The position numbers and the translations under genes are program-made. DNA of 64,000 nucleotides. It comes from Alphaproteobacteria bacterium. GTDB lineage: Bacteria; Pseudomonadota; Alphaproteobacteria; RF32; CAG-239. The notes under the pieces were generated by a model that was given only the letters and a program-made list of their open reading frames with translations, was not told where the DNA came from and searched no databases. Numbering within the stretch: the stretch's first letter is position 1; every line of letters begins with the position of its first letter. Of this stretch, positions 1-7,788 are shown piece by piece. Location: the NCBI GenBank assembly GCA_045116295.1, contig JBGULQ010000005.1, forward strand, positions 41,349 to 105,348, given 5' to 3'.

Positions 1-261
1 ATATTAGAGATTTCGGATGAGGAGAGCGAGGATAATTTTGAGGAAGTTGTTGTTCCGGCAAATAGTTATTTTGTAATGGGCGATAATCGTGATCGCTCGG
101 ATGACAGCCGTATTCATGTCGGTTTTGTTCCTTTTGAAAATTTGGTTGGAAAAGCGAGAGTTTTATTCTTTTCATATGATCCGGACGAAGGTGCATGGTA
201 TAAGCCATGGACTTGGGGAAAGAAAATTCGTTGGAGCAGGTTGTTTAATAAAATTTCGTAG
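1..261 (+). CDS. lepB: signal peptidase I, C-terminal fragment (gene begins upstream of window)
   Basis: Frame 1 is open from nt 1 to the stop at 259-261. The fragment carries the peptidase S26 box motif GDNRDRSDDSR. It is followed by rnc and era as in the conserved lepB-rnc-era cluster. Confidence 0.8.
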   Translation: MLEISDEESEDNFEEVVVPANSYFVMGDNRDRSDDSRIHVGFVPFENLVGKARVLFFSYDPDEGAWYKPWTWGKKIRWSRLFNKIS

Positions 262-275
262 TGCGGTAGAAAGTG

Positions 276-944
276 ATGGAAAAGTTAGAACAAATCATCG
301 GATATTCGTTTAAAAATAAACATTTGCTTGAACAAGCAATTACACATACCAGTATTACCGGTGATTTGGCACAAAATTATGAACGGCTTGAGTTTTTGGG
401 CGACAGAGTACTGGGAGTTTCGGTAGCATCTTTGTTGTACAGACTTTTTCCTGCTGAACCGGAGGGGAGTTTATCGCAGCGTTTTATGGCTTTGGTGTGC
501 AAGGAAACTGTCGCCGAGATTGTGCTGGATATGGGAATAGATGAGTATATCAGAGCAGAAGGTATCAATGTAAGGCACAATGACAATGTTTTGTGTGATG
601 TAGGCGAGGCTATTATCGGGGCTATTTTTCTTGATGCCGGAAGTGTTACTGCTATTGATTTTGTGCAAAAACATTGGAGTGAATTGATAAATACTCATAC
701 CAGACCGCCCAAAGATGCAAAAACATCATTGCAAGAATTTGCTCACGGAAACGGTTGGCAAACTCCGTCTTATGTTGAAGTAGGACGAGAAGGAAGCGAA
801 CATAACCCGCAGTTTTTTATGAAAGTTATAATTGATAAACATGGTGAAGCTGTAGGGCAGGGACATAATAAAAAAATGGCGGAGCAAGACGCAGCAAAAA
901 AACTGTTGCGTGAATTTGGGGTGCAAAATGGTAGAAAAAACTGA
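276..944 (+). CDS. rnc: ribonuclease III
   Basis: 223-aa ORF carrying the RNase III signature ERLEFLGDRVLG and a C-terminal dsRBD. The track start at 273 is GTG; an ATG follows at 276. Confidence 0.95.
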   Translation: MEKLEQIIGYSFKNKHLLEQAITHTSITGDLAQNYERLEFLGDRVLGVSVASLLYRLFPAEPEGSLSQRFMALVCKETVAEIVLDMGIDEYIRAEGINVRHNDNVLCDVGEAIIGAIFLDAGSVTAIDFVQKHWSELINTHTRPPKDAKTSLQEFAHGNGWQTPSYVEVGREGSEHNPQFFMKVIIDKHGEAVGQGHNKKMAEQDAAKKLLREFGVQNGRKN

Positions 945-1842
945 TACAGAGGCTACGAGATGTGGTTTTGTAACCTTGCTAGGTGCTCCAAATGCCGGAA
1001 AGTCGACCATTACTAATGATTTTGCCGGATCAAAGGTGTCAATTGTCAGTCCTAAAGCCCAGACGACTCGTACAACAATCAAAGGAATTGGGATTTTTGA
1101 GAATACCCAGATAATTTTTCAGGATACACCCGGAATTTTTAAGCCCAAGAGAAGGCTCGATCGCTCTATGGTGGCTTCTGCTTGGGGAGGCGCCAAAGAC
1201 GGGGATATTTTGGTGTTGGTGGTTGATGCCAAGCGTGGTTTTGATGCTGAGACCAAAGCGATAATTGAAGAACTAAATAAACAAACACGGCCTACGGTGT
1301 TGGTTTTAAATAAAATTGATATGGTCGCAAAAAATAAGTTGTTGTCATTGGCGGCAGAGATAAATGATGCAGGAAAGTTTGTTGAGACCTTTATGATTTC
1401 AGCAACGACCAGAGAAAACATTGATGAATTTTATAAATATCTGGCTGACAATTTGCCCTTATCACCATGGTATTATCCTGAAGAGCAAATGTCGGATATG
1501 CCGCTGAAGTTGTTGGCGGCTGAGGTTGTACGAGAAAAATTGTTTTTGATGCTACAACAAGAGATTCCGTATGCTTTGACAGTTGAGCCTGAACTATGGC
1601 AACGTCGTGATGACGATTCTGTACGCGCAGAAATGACCATTTATGTTGAGCGAGAGGGGCAAAAGAAAATTATTGTTGGTCAGGGCGGAAAAATGATTAA
1701 AAAAATCGGTGAGAAAGCCCGTCACGAGCTTGAGGAGATGTTGGAATGCCGTATCCATTTGTTTTTGTACGTAAAAGTGCGTGAAAATTGGGGTGATGAT
1801 CCGGCAAGATACAGTGATTGGGGCTTAAATTATAACGTATAA
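928..1842 (+). CDS. era: GTPase Era
   Basis: The P-loop GAPNAGKST, the G-domain motifs DTPG and NKID, and a C-terminal KH domain are present. It overlaps the rnc stop by 17 nt. The track's alternative start is GTG at 910. Confidence 0.9.
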   Translation: MVEKTDTEATRCGFVTLLGAPNAGKSTITNDFAGSKVSIVSPKAQTTRTTIKGIGIFENTQIIFQDTPGIFKPKRRLDRSMVASAWGGAKDGDILVLVVDAKRGFDAETKAIIEELNKQTRPTVLVLNKIDMVAKNKLLSLAAEINDAGKFVETFMISATTRENIDEFYKYLADNLPLSPWYYPEEQMSDMPLKLLAAEVVREKLFLMLQQEIPYALTVEPELWQRRDDDSVRAEMTIYVEREGQKKIIVGQGGKMIKKIGEKARHELEEMLECRIHLFLYVKVRENWGDDPARYSDWGLNYNV

Positions 1843-1849
1843 TTGCGTC

Positions 1850-1878
1850 TTGACAAAAATTGATTTTTAATATATAAA
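1850..1878 (+). promoter_or_regulatory. predicted sigma70-type promoter (TTGACA-N17-TATAAA)
   Basis: A consensus -35 TTGACA lies at 1850-1855 and a near-consensus -10 TATAAA at 1873-1878. It sits directly after the era stop and faces a small ORF that is followed by a terminator. Confidence 0.45.
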
Positions 1879-1925
1879 GATATCCTGATTTTTAATTATT
1901 AATCTAATAATTTTAGTGTTTTCTT

Positions 1926-2129
1926 ATGGTACCTGCAACGATTGTAGACTTAAAAGTGTTGAAGGATGGAAGAATCCATGTTACCGCGGATCTTGAGTCT
2001 GGTGCCCGGGTGCATTTTTTTATGCCGGAGAAATTATCGGTTGCTATTGACCCGAGCGTTTTGAAGACGCCATCTACTGAAATCTCAGAACCACATAACT
2101 TCCACTTCCACAGAGGAAGAAAGTGGTAA
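1926..2129 (+). CDS. hypothetical small protein (67 aa), or a transcribed small RNA unit
   Basis: The ORF sits between a strong predicted promoter and an intrinsic terminator. It has no clear SD and no recognisable domain. Confidence 0.3.
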   Translation: MVPATIVDLKVLKDGRIHVTADLESGARVHFFMPEKLSVAIDPSVLKTPSTEISEPHNFHFHRGRKW

Positions 2130-2149
2130 GTTATTTTGTGCGATTTATC

Positions 2150-2188
2150 GAAGGCCTCCAACTAAAAATGGAGGTCTTTGATTTTTTA
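2150..2188 (+). terminator. rho-independent terminator hairpin plus T-run
   Basis: A GGCCTCCA ... TGGAGGTC stem is followed by TTTGATTTTTT. Confidence 0.55.
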
Positions 2189-2357
2189 AATATTGAAGAT
2201 GCCTTGACCTCGGACAGCTGTCCTCGGAGGCATGACAAGTTGTTTGTTGTTATAAAAAAACAAAACAGTCATCCCTATTGTTCGACTTGTCGAAAAATTC
2301 AAGGGATCTTCCTTATTTTTTCTTGTTGATATGCATACGACGGCAGTTACCGTGCTC

Positions 2358-2372
2358 ACCATAAACGATGGT
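2358..2372. promoter_or_regulatory. palindromic operator-like site ACCATAAACGATGGT (copy 1)
   Basis: This is a 5-5-5 palindrome. Its reverse-complement copy lies at 2482-2496, 124 bp away centre to centre. Confidence 0.4.
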
Positions 2373-2472
2373 TTGTGGTGAGCAGTATAAAGCCCAATTT
2401 TGATGACCACGTTAATACACTAACACATTGAAAATATTATGTTTACCTTTGCGGTAAGAGGGTAAAAAATTG

Positions 2473-2501
2473 TTGATTTAAACCATCGTTTATGGTAAAA
2501 T
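2473..2501 (+). promoter_or_regulatory. predicted sigma70-type promoter (TTGATT-N17-TAAAAT) upstream of the secreted-protein gene
   Basis: The -35 and -10 hexamers have 17-nt spacing and lie about 80 nt upstream of the ORF at 2585. Confidence 0.4.
2482..2496. promoter_or_regulatory. palindromic operator-like site ACCATCGTTTATGGT (copy 2), overlapping the promoter spacer and -10
   Basis: It is the exact reverse complement of the site at 2358-2372. It lies inside the predicted promoter at 2473-2501. Confidence 0.4.
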
Positions 2502-2584
2502 ATAAACATAAGTATTAATAGCAATATTAATACTTGCGCATTGCCGTATAATGCGATTTAACAATTATTTTTAGGAGAATGGCC

Positions 2585-2899
2585 ATGAAAAAAATATTGT
2601 TAATCTTAGCATTGGCATTAGTATATAGCTTTAATGCCAATGCACAGTTCGAGAAATATATAGGTGATAAAATATCTAAGGATCCTACTCCTGTTCCATC
2701 ACACTCTGGTGGATCAGACAATGGAATTGTAGCAAATCTTGAATCTTCAGAGCCTTGTGTTACCTATACAGCAGAGCAGGCATTAGACGCTACAACAGAT
2801 GGCAACAATAATACTTTTGCTGCTGTATACTCAACCAACGCAACACGCAATTGTAATGGTAACAGACATACACAGCCAGAGGCACCACTTTGTAAATAA
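2585..2899 (+). CDS. small secreted protein (104 aa, Thr/Asn-rich, 4 Cys), unknown function
   Basis: An AGGAGA site lies 6 nt before the second ATG at 2585. The N-terminus MKKILLILALALVYSFNANA is a signal peptide. A terminator follows. The track's earlier ATG at 2579 abuts the SD. Confidence 0.6.
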   Translation: MKKILLILALALVYSFNANAQFEKYIGDKISKDPTPVPSHSGGSDNGIVANLESSEPCVTYTAEQALDATTDGNNNTFAAVYSTNATRNCNGNRHTQPEAPLCK

Positions 2900-2925
2900 T
2901 CCAAAAATGATTATTTCATTTAGCA

Positions 2926-2957
2926 AAAAGCCTCCCAAACAAGGAGGCTTTTTTTAA
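2926..2957. terminator. bidirectional rho-independent terminator between convergent genes
   Basis: An AAGCCTCC ... GGAGGCTT stem is followed by TTTTTTT. Confidence 0.65.
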
Positions 2958-2966
2958 CATAAAATC

Positions 2967-3602
2967 TTATAATCTCTTATCCGAACTATGACAATAATCA
3001 GATATCGGACAGTTTTTACAATCCGGCCTCTGAGCTTTGCAAATATATCGACCGAACAAAACCAACCAATGATTAGCATACATCAAATATTTATCCGGCA
3101 AGACCTTCAATAAATCATTTTCTACATCAAGCGGAGTTTTCCCATCGCTGAAATCAAGCCGATGTGCAATTCTGAACACATGAGTATCAACTGCCATCGT
3201 TGGCTGATTATACCATACATTTCTTAACACATTTGCAGTTTTACGCCCAACACCTGCCAACGATTCCAAATCTTTTTGTGAACTTGGTACTTCACCGCCG
3301 AATTTTTCAACCAAACTCTGGCTCATACTCATAATGCTTTTAGCCTTGTTATTAAACAAACCTATGGTTTTTATATATTCTTTTAGTCCATCAACTCCCA
3401 AATCAAGCATTTTTTGCGGTGTATCTGCCACCTTAAACAATTCCTTTGTCGCCTTATTAACACCTTTATCAGTGCTTTGTGCCGACAGTATAATTGCCAC
3501 CAAAAGTGTATACGCATTTGTATACTCAAGCTCACTTTTCGGGGCCGGATTCGCATCAGCAAAAATCTGCATAATTTCCAAAATTTCAGATTTTTTTCTC
3601 AT
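2967..3602 (-). CDS. nth: endonuclease III (DNA glycosylase/AP lyase)
   Basis: An HhH-GPD fold and the C-terminal 4Fe-4S loop CKAQRPDCKNCPISDYC are present. The AGGAGGAG SD lies 7 nt before the ATG at 3602. Its ATGA overlaps the tsaD stop. Confidence 0.9.
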   Translation of the reverse strand: MRKKSEILEIMQIFADANPAPKSELEYTNAYTLLVAIILSAQSTDKGVNKATKELFKVADTPQKMLDLGVDGLKEYIKTIGLFNNKAKSIMSMSQSLVEKFGGEVPSSQKDLESLAGVGRKTANVLRNVWYNQPTMAVDTHVFRIAHRLDFSDGKTPLDVENDLLKVLPDKYLMYANHWLVLFGRYICKAQRPDCKNCPISDYCHSSDKRL

Positions 3603-4672
3603 GCTTTTACTCCTCCTGCTCCGGCAGCTTTTGGTGCATTTGCATCCAAAGGCCACCTTGGTCTTGGCTTAAAATCCAGGCCATCAACATATCCTTTTTG
3701 AAAACGCTCCAACCCAGCCCAAGCAATCATCACACCGTTATCCGTACAAAGTCTGACTGGTGGTGCCGCAAAAATCAACCCTTTATTGCTGGCCAATTCT
3801 TCAAGTTTTGCACGCAAATATAAATTTGCCGCAACGCCGCCGGCAACAACAACGTGCTTTCCATTAGGATAATTTTTCTTAAAATAATCAGCCGCTAAAA
3901 GCAATTTATCCAACAAACACTCACAAGCTGTTTTTTGGAAACACGCGCAAATATCCGCAACATCTTTTCGTGGTAAAACAGTTTCATCAATATCACCGTT
4001 TCCGTACGATTCGATAATTTTTCTTACTGCTGTTTTAAGCCCCGAAAAAGATAAATTCAAATCACCTGATCCGCGCAACGGATGTGGCAAACTAAAACGA
4101 TTTTCATCACCTATTGCCGCCATTTTTTCAATCATCGGACCACCCGGATACCCGAGTTTTAGCATTTTTGCTACTTTATCAAAAGCCTCACCGGCAGCAT
4201 CATCAATTGTTGTGCCAAGTCTTTCATAATCTCCGGCAGTTTTTACCACCAAAATTTGACAATGCCCACCTGATACCAACAGCAATAAATAAGGATATTC
4301 AACATCATTTGTCAGTCGTGAAACCAGCGCATGACCTTCTAAATGATTGACCGCAACAAACGGTTTATTTAATGCCAAAGACAACGCTTTTGCCGCCATT
4401 ACACCAACAACAACTCCGCCTATCAGCCCCGGTCCAGAAGCTGCTGCGACAGCATCAATATCTTTTGGTTTTATTTTTGCCCTATTAAACGCCTGTTCAA
4501 TAATATCATCTATATGATCAAGATGTGAACGCGCAGCAATTTCCGGCACAACCCCGCCAAAAACCTTGTGTTCTTCTTGCGACAACACAACATCTGATAA
4601 AATCTCTTTTTTATCATTCACTATTGCTGCTGCTGTTTCATCACAACTACTCTCAATACCTAAAACTATCAT
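3599..4672 (-). CDS. tsaD: tRNA N6-threonylcarbamoyladenosine synthase TsaD (Gcp/Kae1)
   Basis: N-terminus MIVLGIESSCDETAAAIV; metal-binding HxxGH motif (LEGHAL); about 357 aa. Confidence 0.95.
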   Translation of the reverse strand: MIVLGIESSCDETAAAIVNDKKEILSDVVLSQEEHKVFGGVVPEIAARSHLDHIDDIIEQAFNRAKIKPKDIDAVAAASGPGLIGGVVVGVMAAKALSLALNKPFVAVNHLEGHALVSRLTNDVEYPYLLLLVSGGHCQILVVKTAGDYERLGTTIDDAAGEAFDKVAKMLKLGYPGGPMIEKMAAIGDENRFSLPHPLRGSGDLNLSFSGLKTAVRKIIESYGNGDIDETVLPRKDVADICACFQKTACECLLDKLLLAADYFKKNYPNGKHVVVAGGVAANLYLRAKLEELASNKGLIFAAPPVRLCTDNGVMIAWAGLERFQKGYVDGLDFKPRPRWPLDANAPKAAGAGGVKA

Positions 4673-4751
4673 CTTTCATTCTTTTGATAAAATTTTAACC
4701 ATTATTGGCCTAATATAAATCAATAAAAATTTTTTTACAAAGGAAATAACG

Positions 4752-5711
4752 ATGGTAAAAAATAAATCGTCTTTTCTTGCCAAGACCGGCAAAATTTCTC
4801 TGTTTGTTTTTAGAACATTTGAAACAATTGTTTTTCTATCAGTTATCGGCTTAGCTATATTTATCTGGCAAAAACCTCAATATTTGCACAAACTGATAAA
4901 AACCGGCGACAACAATTTATCATCAATCAACGCTGCAAAAATTGATGAAATAAGCAACAAACTTGAAACTCTAACTCTCATCACCAAAAGTGACGCCGAA
5001 AAATCAGATTTATTGCAACAAAAATTCGAGCATTTTGATAAAGCAAAAGTAAATAGCGAAGAAATCATTTATCTCAACAATCAAATAAGTTCTCTCAACG
5101 AACAAATAAATTCCGTTCGTAACTCTACAAAAAAACTGTCGCAAACATCAAACAGTGGAGCTTTGCTCCTCACATCTGCAATGCTGATTCGCGACAATGT
5201 TTTACGCGGCATAGATTGCAAAAATGAATCTGAAGGTATGAAAATCTTAGCGCAAAACATTGATAATCTCACTCAAGATATTGATTTTGTGACCTCTCAC
5301 TGCAATCTGAATTTTGTTTCAAATAAAACTCTTGTTGCTAATTTTGATACTATTTATAAAAAAATTGAAAACAGCATGAAACCCGAAGAAGCACAAAACT
5401 GGAAGCAACGCCTTTCTGCAAAATTAGGAGAATATGTGCAAATTTCAAACCACAATCAACAACCTGATAACTCATATAATCCACTGCAACAACTACAGCC
5501 TATTAAAAGCCTCGTCGATAACGGCGACTTGTTAAAAGCAGCGCAACAACTATCTGCTCCAGAATATCAAAATATTATGACAGACAACGACATAATGAAC
5601 TGGGTCAATCAAGTTAAAAATCAAGCAGATTTTCATAAATCACTATCCAATATAATCAATGCATCATTATTAATAATGAAGGTAGAAGATGCCCAAAACA
5701 CAGCTGAATAA
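4752..5711 (+). CDS. membrane-anchored coiled-coil protein, HemX/alpha-Mic60-like (hypothesis)
   Basis: An AAGGA SD precedes the start. One N-terminal TM helix is followed by a long coiled-coil region. It diverges from tsaD, where alphaproteobacteria usually carry hemC-hemD-hemX(mic60). Confidence 0.5.
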   Translation: MVKNKSSFLAKTGKISLFVFRTFETIVFLSVIGLAIFIWQKPQYLHKLIKTGDNNLSSINAAKIDEISNKLETLTLITKSDAEKSDLLQQKFEHFDKAKVNSEEIIYLNNQISSLNEQINSVRNSTKKLSQTSNSGALLLTSAMLIRDNVLRGIDCKNESEGMKILAQNIDNLTQDIDFVTSHCNLNFVSNKTLVANFDTIYKKIENSMKPEEAQNWKQRLSAKLGEYVQISNHNQQPDNSYNPLQQLQPIKSLVDNGDLLKAAQQLSAPEYQNIMTDNDIMNWVNQVKNQADFHKSLSNIINASLLIMKVEDAQNTAE

Positions 5712-7089
5712 TATTTGGAATAAATATTACCAAAAAGCACCGGAAACACTTTTAAAAATATCAAAAATTAACCGTGTTGCCTGCGCGTTTAACAGTTGTA
5801 TAGATTCTGTTGTAAAATTATCCGGCAAAGAATTCGGAAAACTTTTTTTGCAACAAAAATCTTCATTAAAAGAATTAAGAAACATTGTTCATTATTCTGT
5901 AAATTCTCCTCTTGATATACTCCGCGGAATTTTTCGTTGCTTCACTAGCGGAATAGCTGAGGAATGGGTTGCAGATAAACCTGAAATGTTCGATTGGATG
6001 CTCAACAACTTAGGCACAAAAAAAATACAAGTAGGAGGTCAAGGCGGAATTATCGCAAACACCTTGTCCCTTACCGATATCAAACAAATAATTGTTCACA
6101 GTAACGCCTTGAGCAAGTTACAGGCAAGTATGTTCTTTGATCGCAAAAACTTACTGTCTTTTGATGCTAAAGGATCACTAAAACAAGCATCAAAAATTGA
6201 TCGTGATAAAATCTCATCAATTCACTGGATTGTTGAGTTTGATAAAGGTGATAAAATAACTCTGGAAGGACAAGAATTTATATGTCCTAAATCCAATCGT
6301 TTTATAATCACCTATGATCCTCCTTTGTTCAATTTTGTAATTGATAAAAATTTTATTGATTATACCAACAACAATAAATTTGATTATTTTATCCTCTCCG
6401 GATATCAAGCATTAAGCTCAAAAAATAACGCTCTCGCACACATTAAAAACAGTGTTAAAATTATTGATGATTGGAAAAAACAAAGTCCGCAAGCAATTGT
6501 TCATCTCGAAATCGCCTCAACTCAGGATAAAAAAGTTCTTAAAAATATTACACATTATATCATTCCAAACATTGACTCTATGGGAGTAAATGAGCGTGAA
6601 ACAATGGATGTTTTAGAAGCTCTAAACCAAAAAAGATTACTCGAAAAATGCAAACAAAATCCAACTTCATCAAACCTGTTTGATGCAATACTAAAAATAA
6701 AAACAAAACTTAAATGTCCGCGCATTCAACTGCATATGTTCGGACTATATGTTACAATACAAAACAAAAATTATCCTCTTTCTCCGACCAAGAACCGTAA
6801 CGGCATGATTTTAGCCGCAACAGCTGCTGCCAGCAAAGCATCACACGGACAACTCTCCCAACCTGATGATATTTTAAAATCATATGGTATGAGTGTATCC
6901 GATATTGGTATAAAAGAGCTGAAAAACCTTAGTTCTCATCTAAAAAAAGAAGAACTTTTATCAAAAGGAATTTGTGAATACAAAGGTTTTAATATTATAG
7001 CTGTTCCGACAATTTTAATTGATCAACCGAGAACATTGGTTGGCATGGGAGATACAATATCATCATTTTCCCTCATCGGTGCCTGTTGA
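5689..7089 (+). CDS. ADP-dependent sugar kinase family protein (ADP-GK/ADP-PFK, ribokinase-like superfamily)
   Basis: The protein aligns along its whole length to Pyrococcus ADP-glucokinase from memory. Shared motifs include GGQGGIIAN (vs GGQAGIMAN), IIVHSNALSKLQASMFFD (vs VIVHVPQLSRLQANLFLD), and the C-terminal catalytic motif TLVGMGDTISSFSLIG (vs TVGIGDTISSSAFIG). It overlaps the upstream ORF by 23 nt. Confidence 0.8.
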   Translation: MPKTQLNNIWNKYYQKAPETLLKISKINRVACAFNSCIDSVVKLSGKEFGKLFLQQKSSLKELRNIVHYSVNSPLDILRGIFRCFTSGIAEEWVADKPEMFDWMLNNLGTKKIQVGGQGGIIANTLSLTDIKQIIVHSNALSKLQASMFFDRKNLLSFDAKGSLKQASKIDRDKISSIHWIVEFDKGDKITLEGQEFICPKSNRFIITYDPPLFNFVIDKNFIDYTNNNKFDYFILSGYQALSSKNNALAHIKNSVKIIDDWKKQSPQAIVHLEIASTQDKKVLKNITHYIIPNIDSMGVNERETMDVLEALNQKRLLEKCKQNPTSSNLFDAILKIKTKLKCPRIQLHMFGLYVTIQNKNYPLSPTKNRNGMILAATAAASKASHGQLSQPDDILKSYGMSVSDIGIKELKNLSSHLKKEELLSKGICEYKGFNIIAVPTILIDQPRTLVGMGDTISSFSLIGAC

Positions 7090-7785
7090 TTCGTCAGACA
7101 ACCAAATTGAGCCTTTAACTTTTGTTTCTAAAAATTCACGATGATTTTTTTCTTCTTCTTCACTGATTGGAAAAACTCTCGCCTCGTGAAATACCCTGTC
7201 TCCGGAAAAATTTACAGTAGAATTATTATCTGCTTTTGTTTGATTAGATTCGCCAAGCATAGACGGCTCATCACCACCCAATAATTCCAAATAAACTTTT
7301 GCCAACAAATCAGCATCGAGTAATGCTCCATGCAATGTACGATTACTATTATCAACACCAAAACGCTTACATAACGCATCAAGATTATTTTTTGCGCCTG
7401 GGAACATTTTTCGTGCTATTTCCAGAGTATCTATAACCCTGTCAAAATCATAACCTTCTCGCCCTATTTTTTTGAGCTCATAATTTATAAAATTCATATC
7501 GAATTGTGCATTATGCGCCACCAAAATACCATCATCACCGACAAAATCTATAAAGTCTTGTGCAACATCGGCAAACACCGGAAAATCTTTTAAGAATTCT
7601 TCGGTTAACCCGTGTACGGCAACCACTTCCTCGGGAACATCTCTTTCCGGATTTATGTATTGATGATAAGTTTTTCCCGTAGGTAAATGATTGATCAACT
7701 CAACCGCACCTATTTCAACCAGCCTATCACCTTTATCCGGTGAAAGCCCTGTAGTTTCAGTATCAAAAACAATTTCTCTAACCAT
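7063..7785 (-). CDS. dnaQ: DNA polymerase III epsilon subunit (3'-5' exonuclease)
   Basis: The Exo I motif FDTETTG and the DEDDh family H motif (HGALLDA) are present. It lies next to coaE as in alphaproteobacteria. Confidence 0.9.
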   Translation of the reverse strand: MVREIVFDTETTGLSPDKGDRLVEIGAVELINHLPTGKTYHQYINPERDVPEEVVAVHGLTEEFLKDFPVFADVAQDFIDFVGDDGILVAHNAQFDMNFINYELKKIGREGYDFDRVIDTLEIARKMFPGAKNNLDALCKRFGVDNSNRTLHGALLDADLLAKVYLELLGGDEPSMLGESNQTKADNNSTVNFSGDRVFHEARVFPISEEEEKNHREFLETKVKGSIWLSDESTGTDEGK

Positions 7786-7788
7786 AGT

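Noticed and set aside
2123-2329. 68-aa ORF downstream of the small-ORF terminator
   Set aside because: It starts inside the terminator hairpin. It has no SD and is poorly complex. It is more likely non-coding regulatory DNA containing palindromes.
3334-3701. Plus-strand ORFs overlapping nth and tsaD
   Set aside because: They are antisense to conserved genes with no SD and a leucine-rich artefactual composition.
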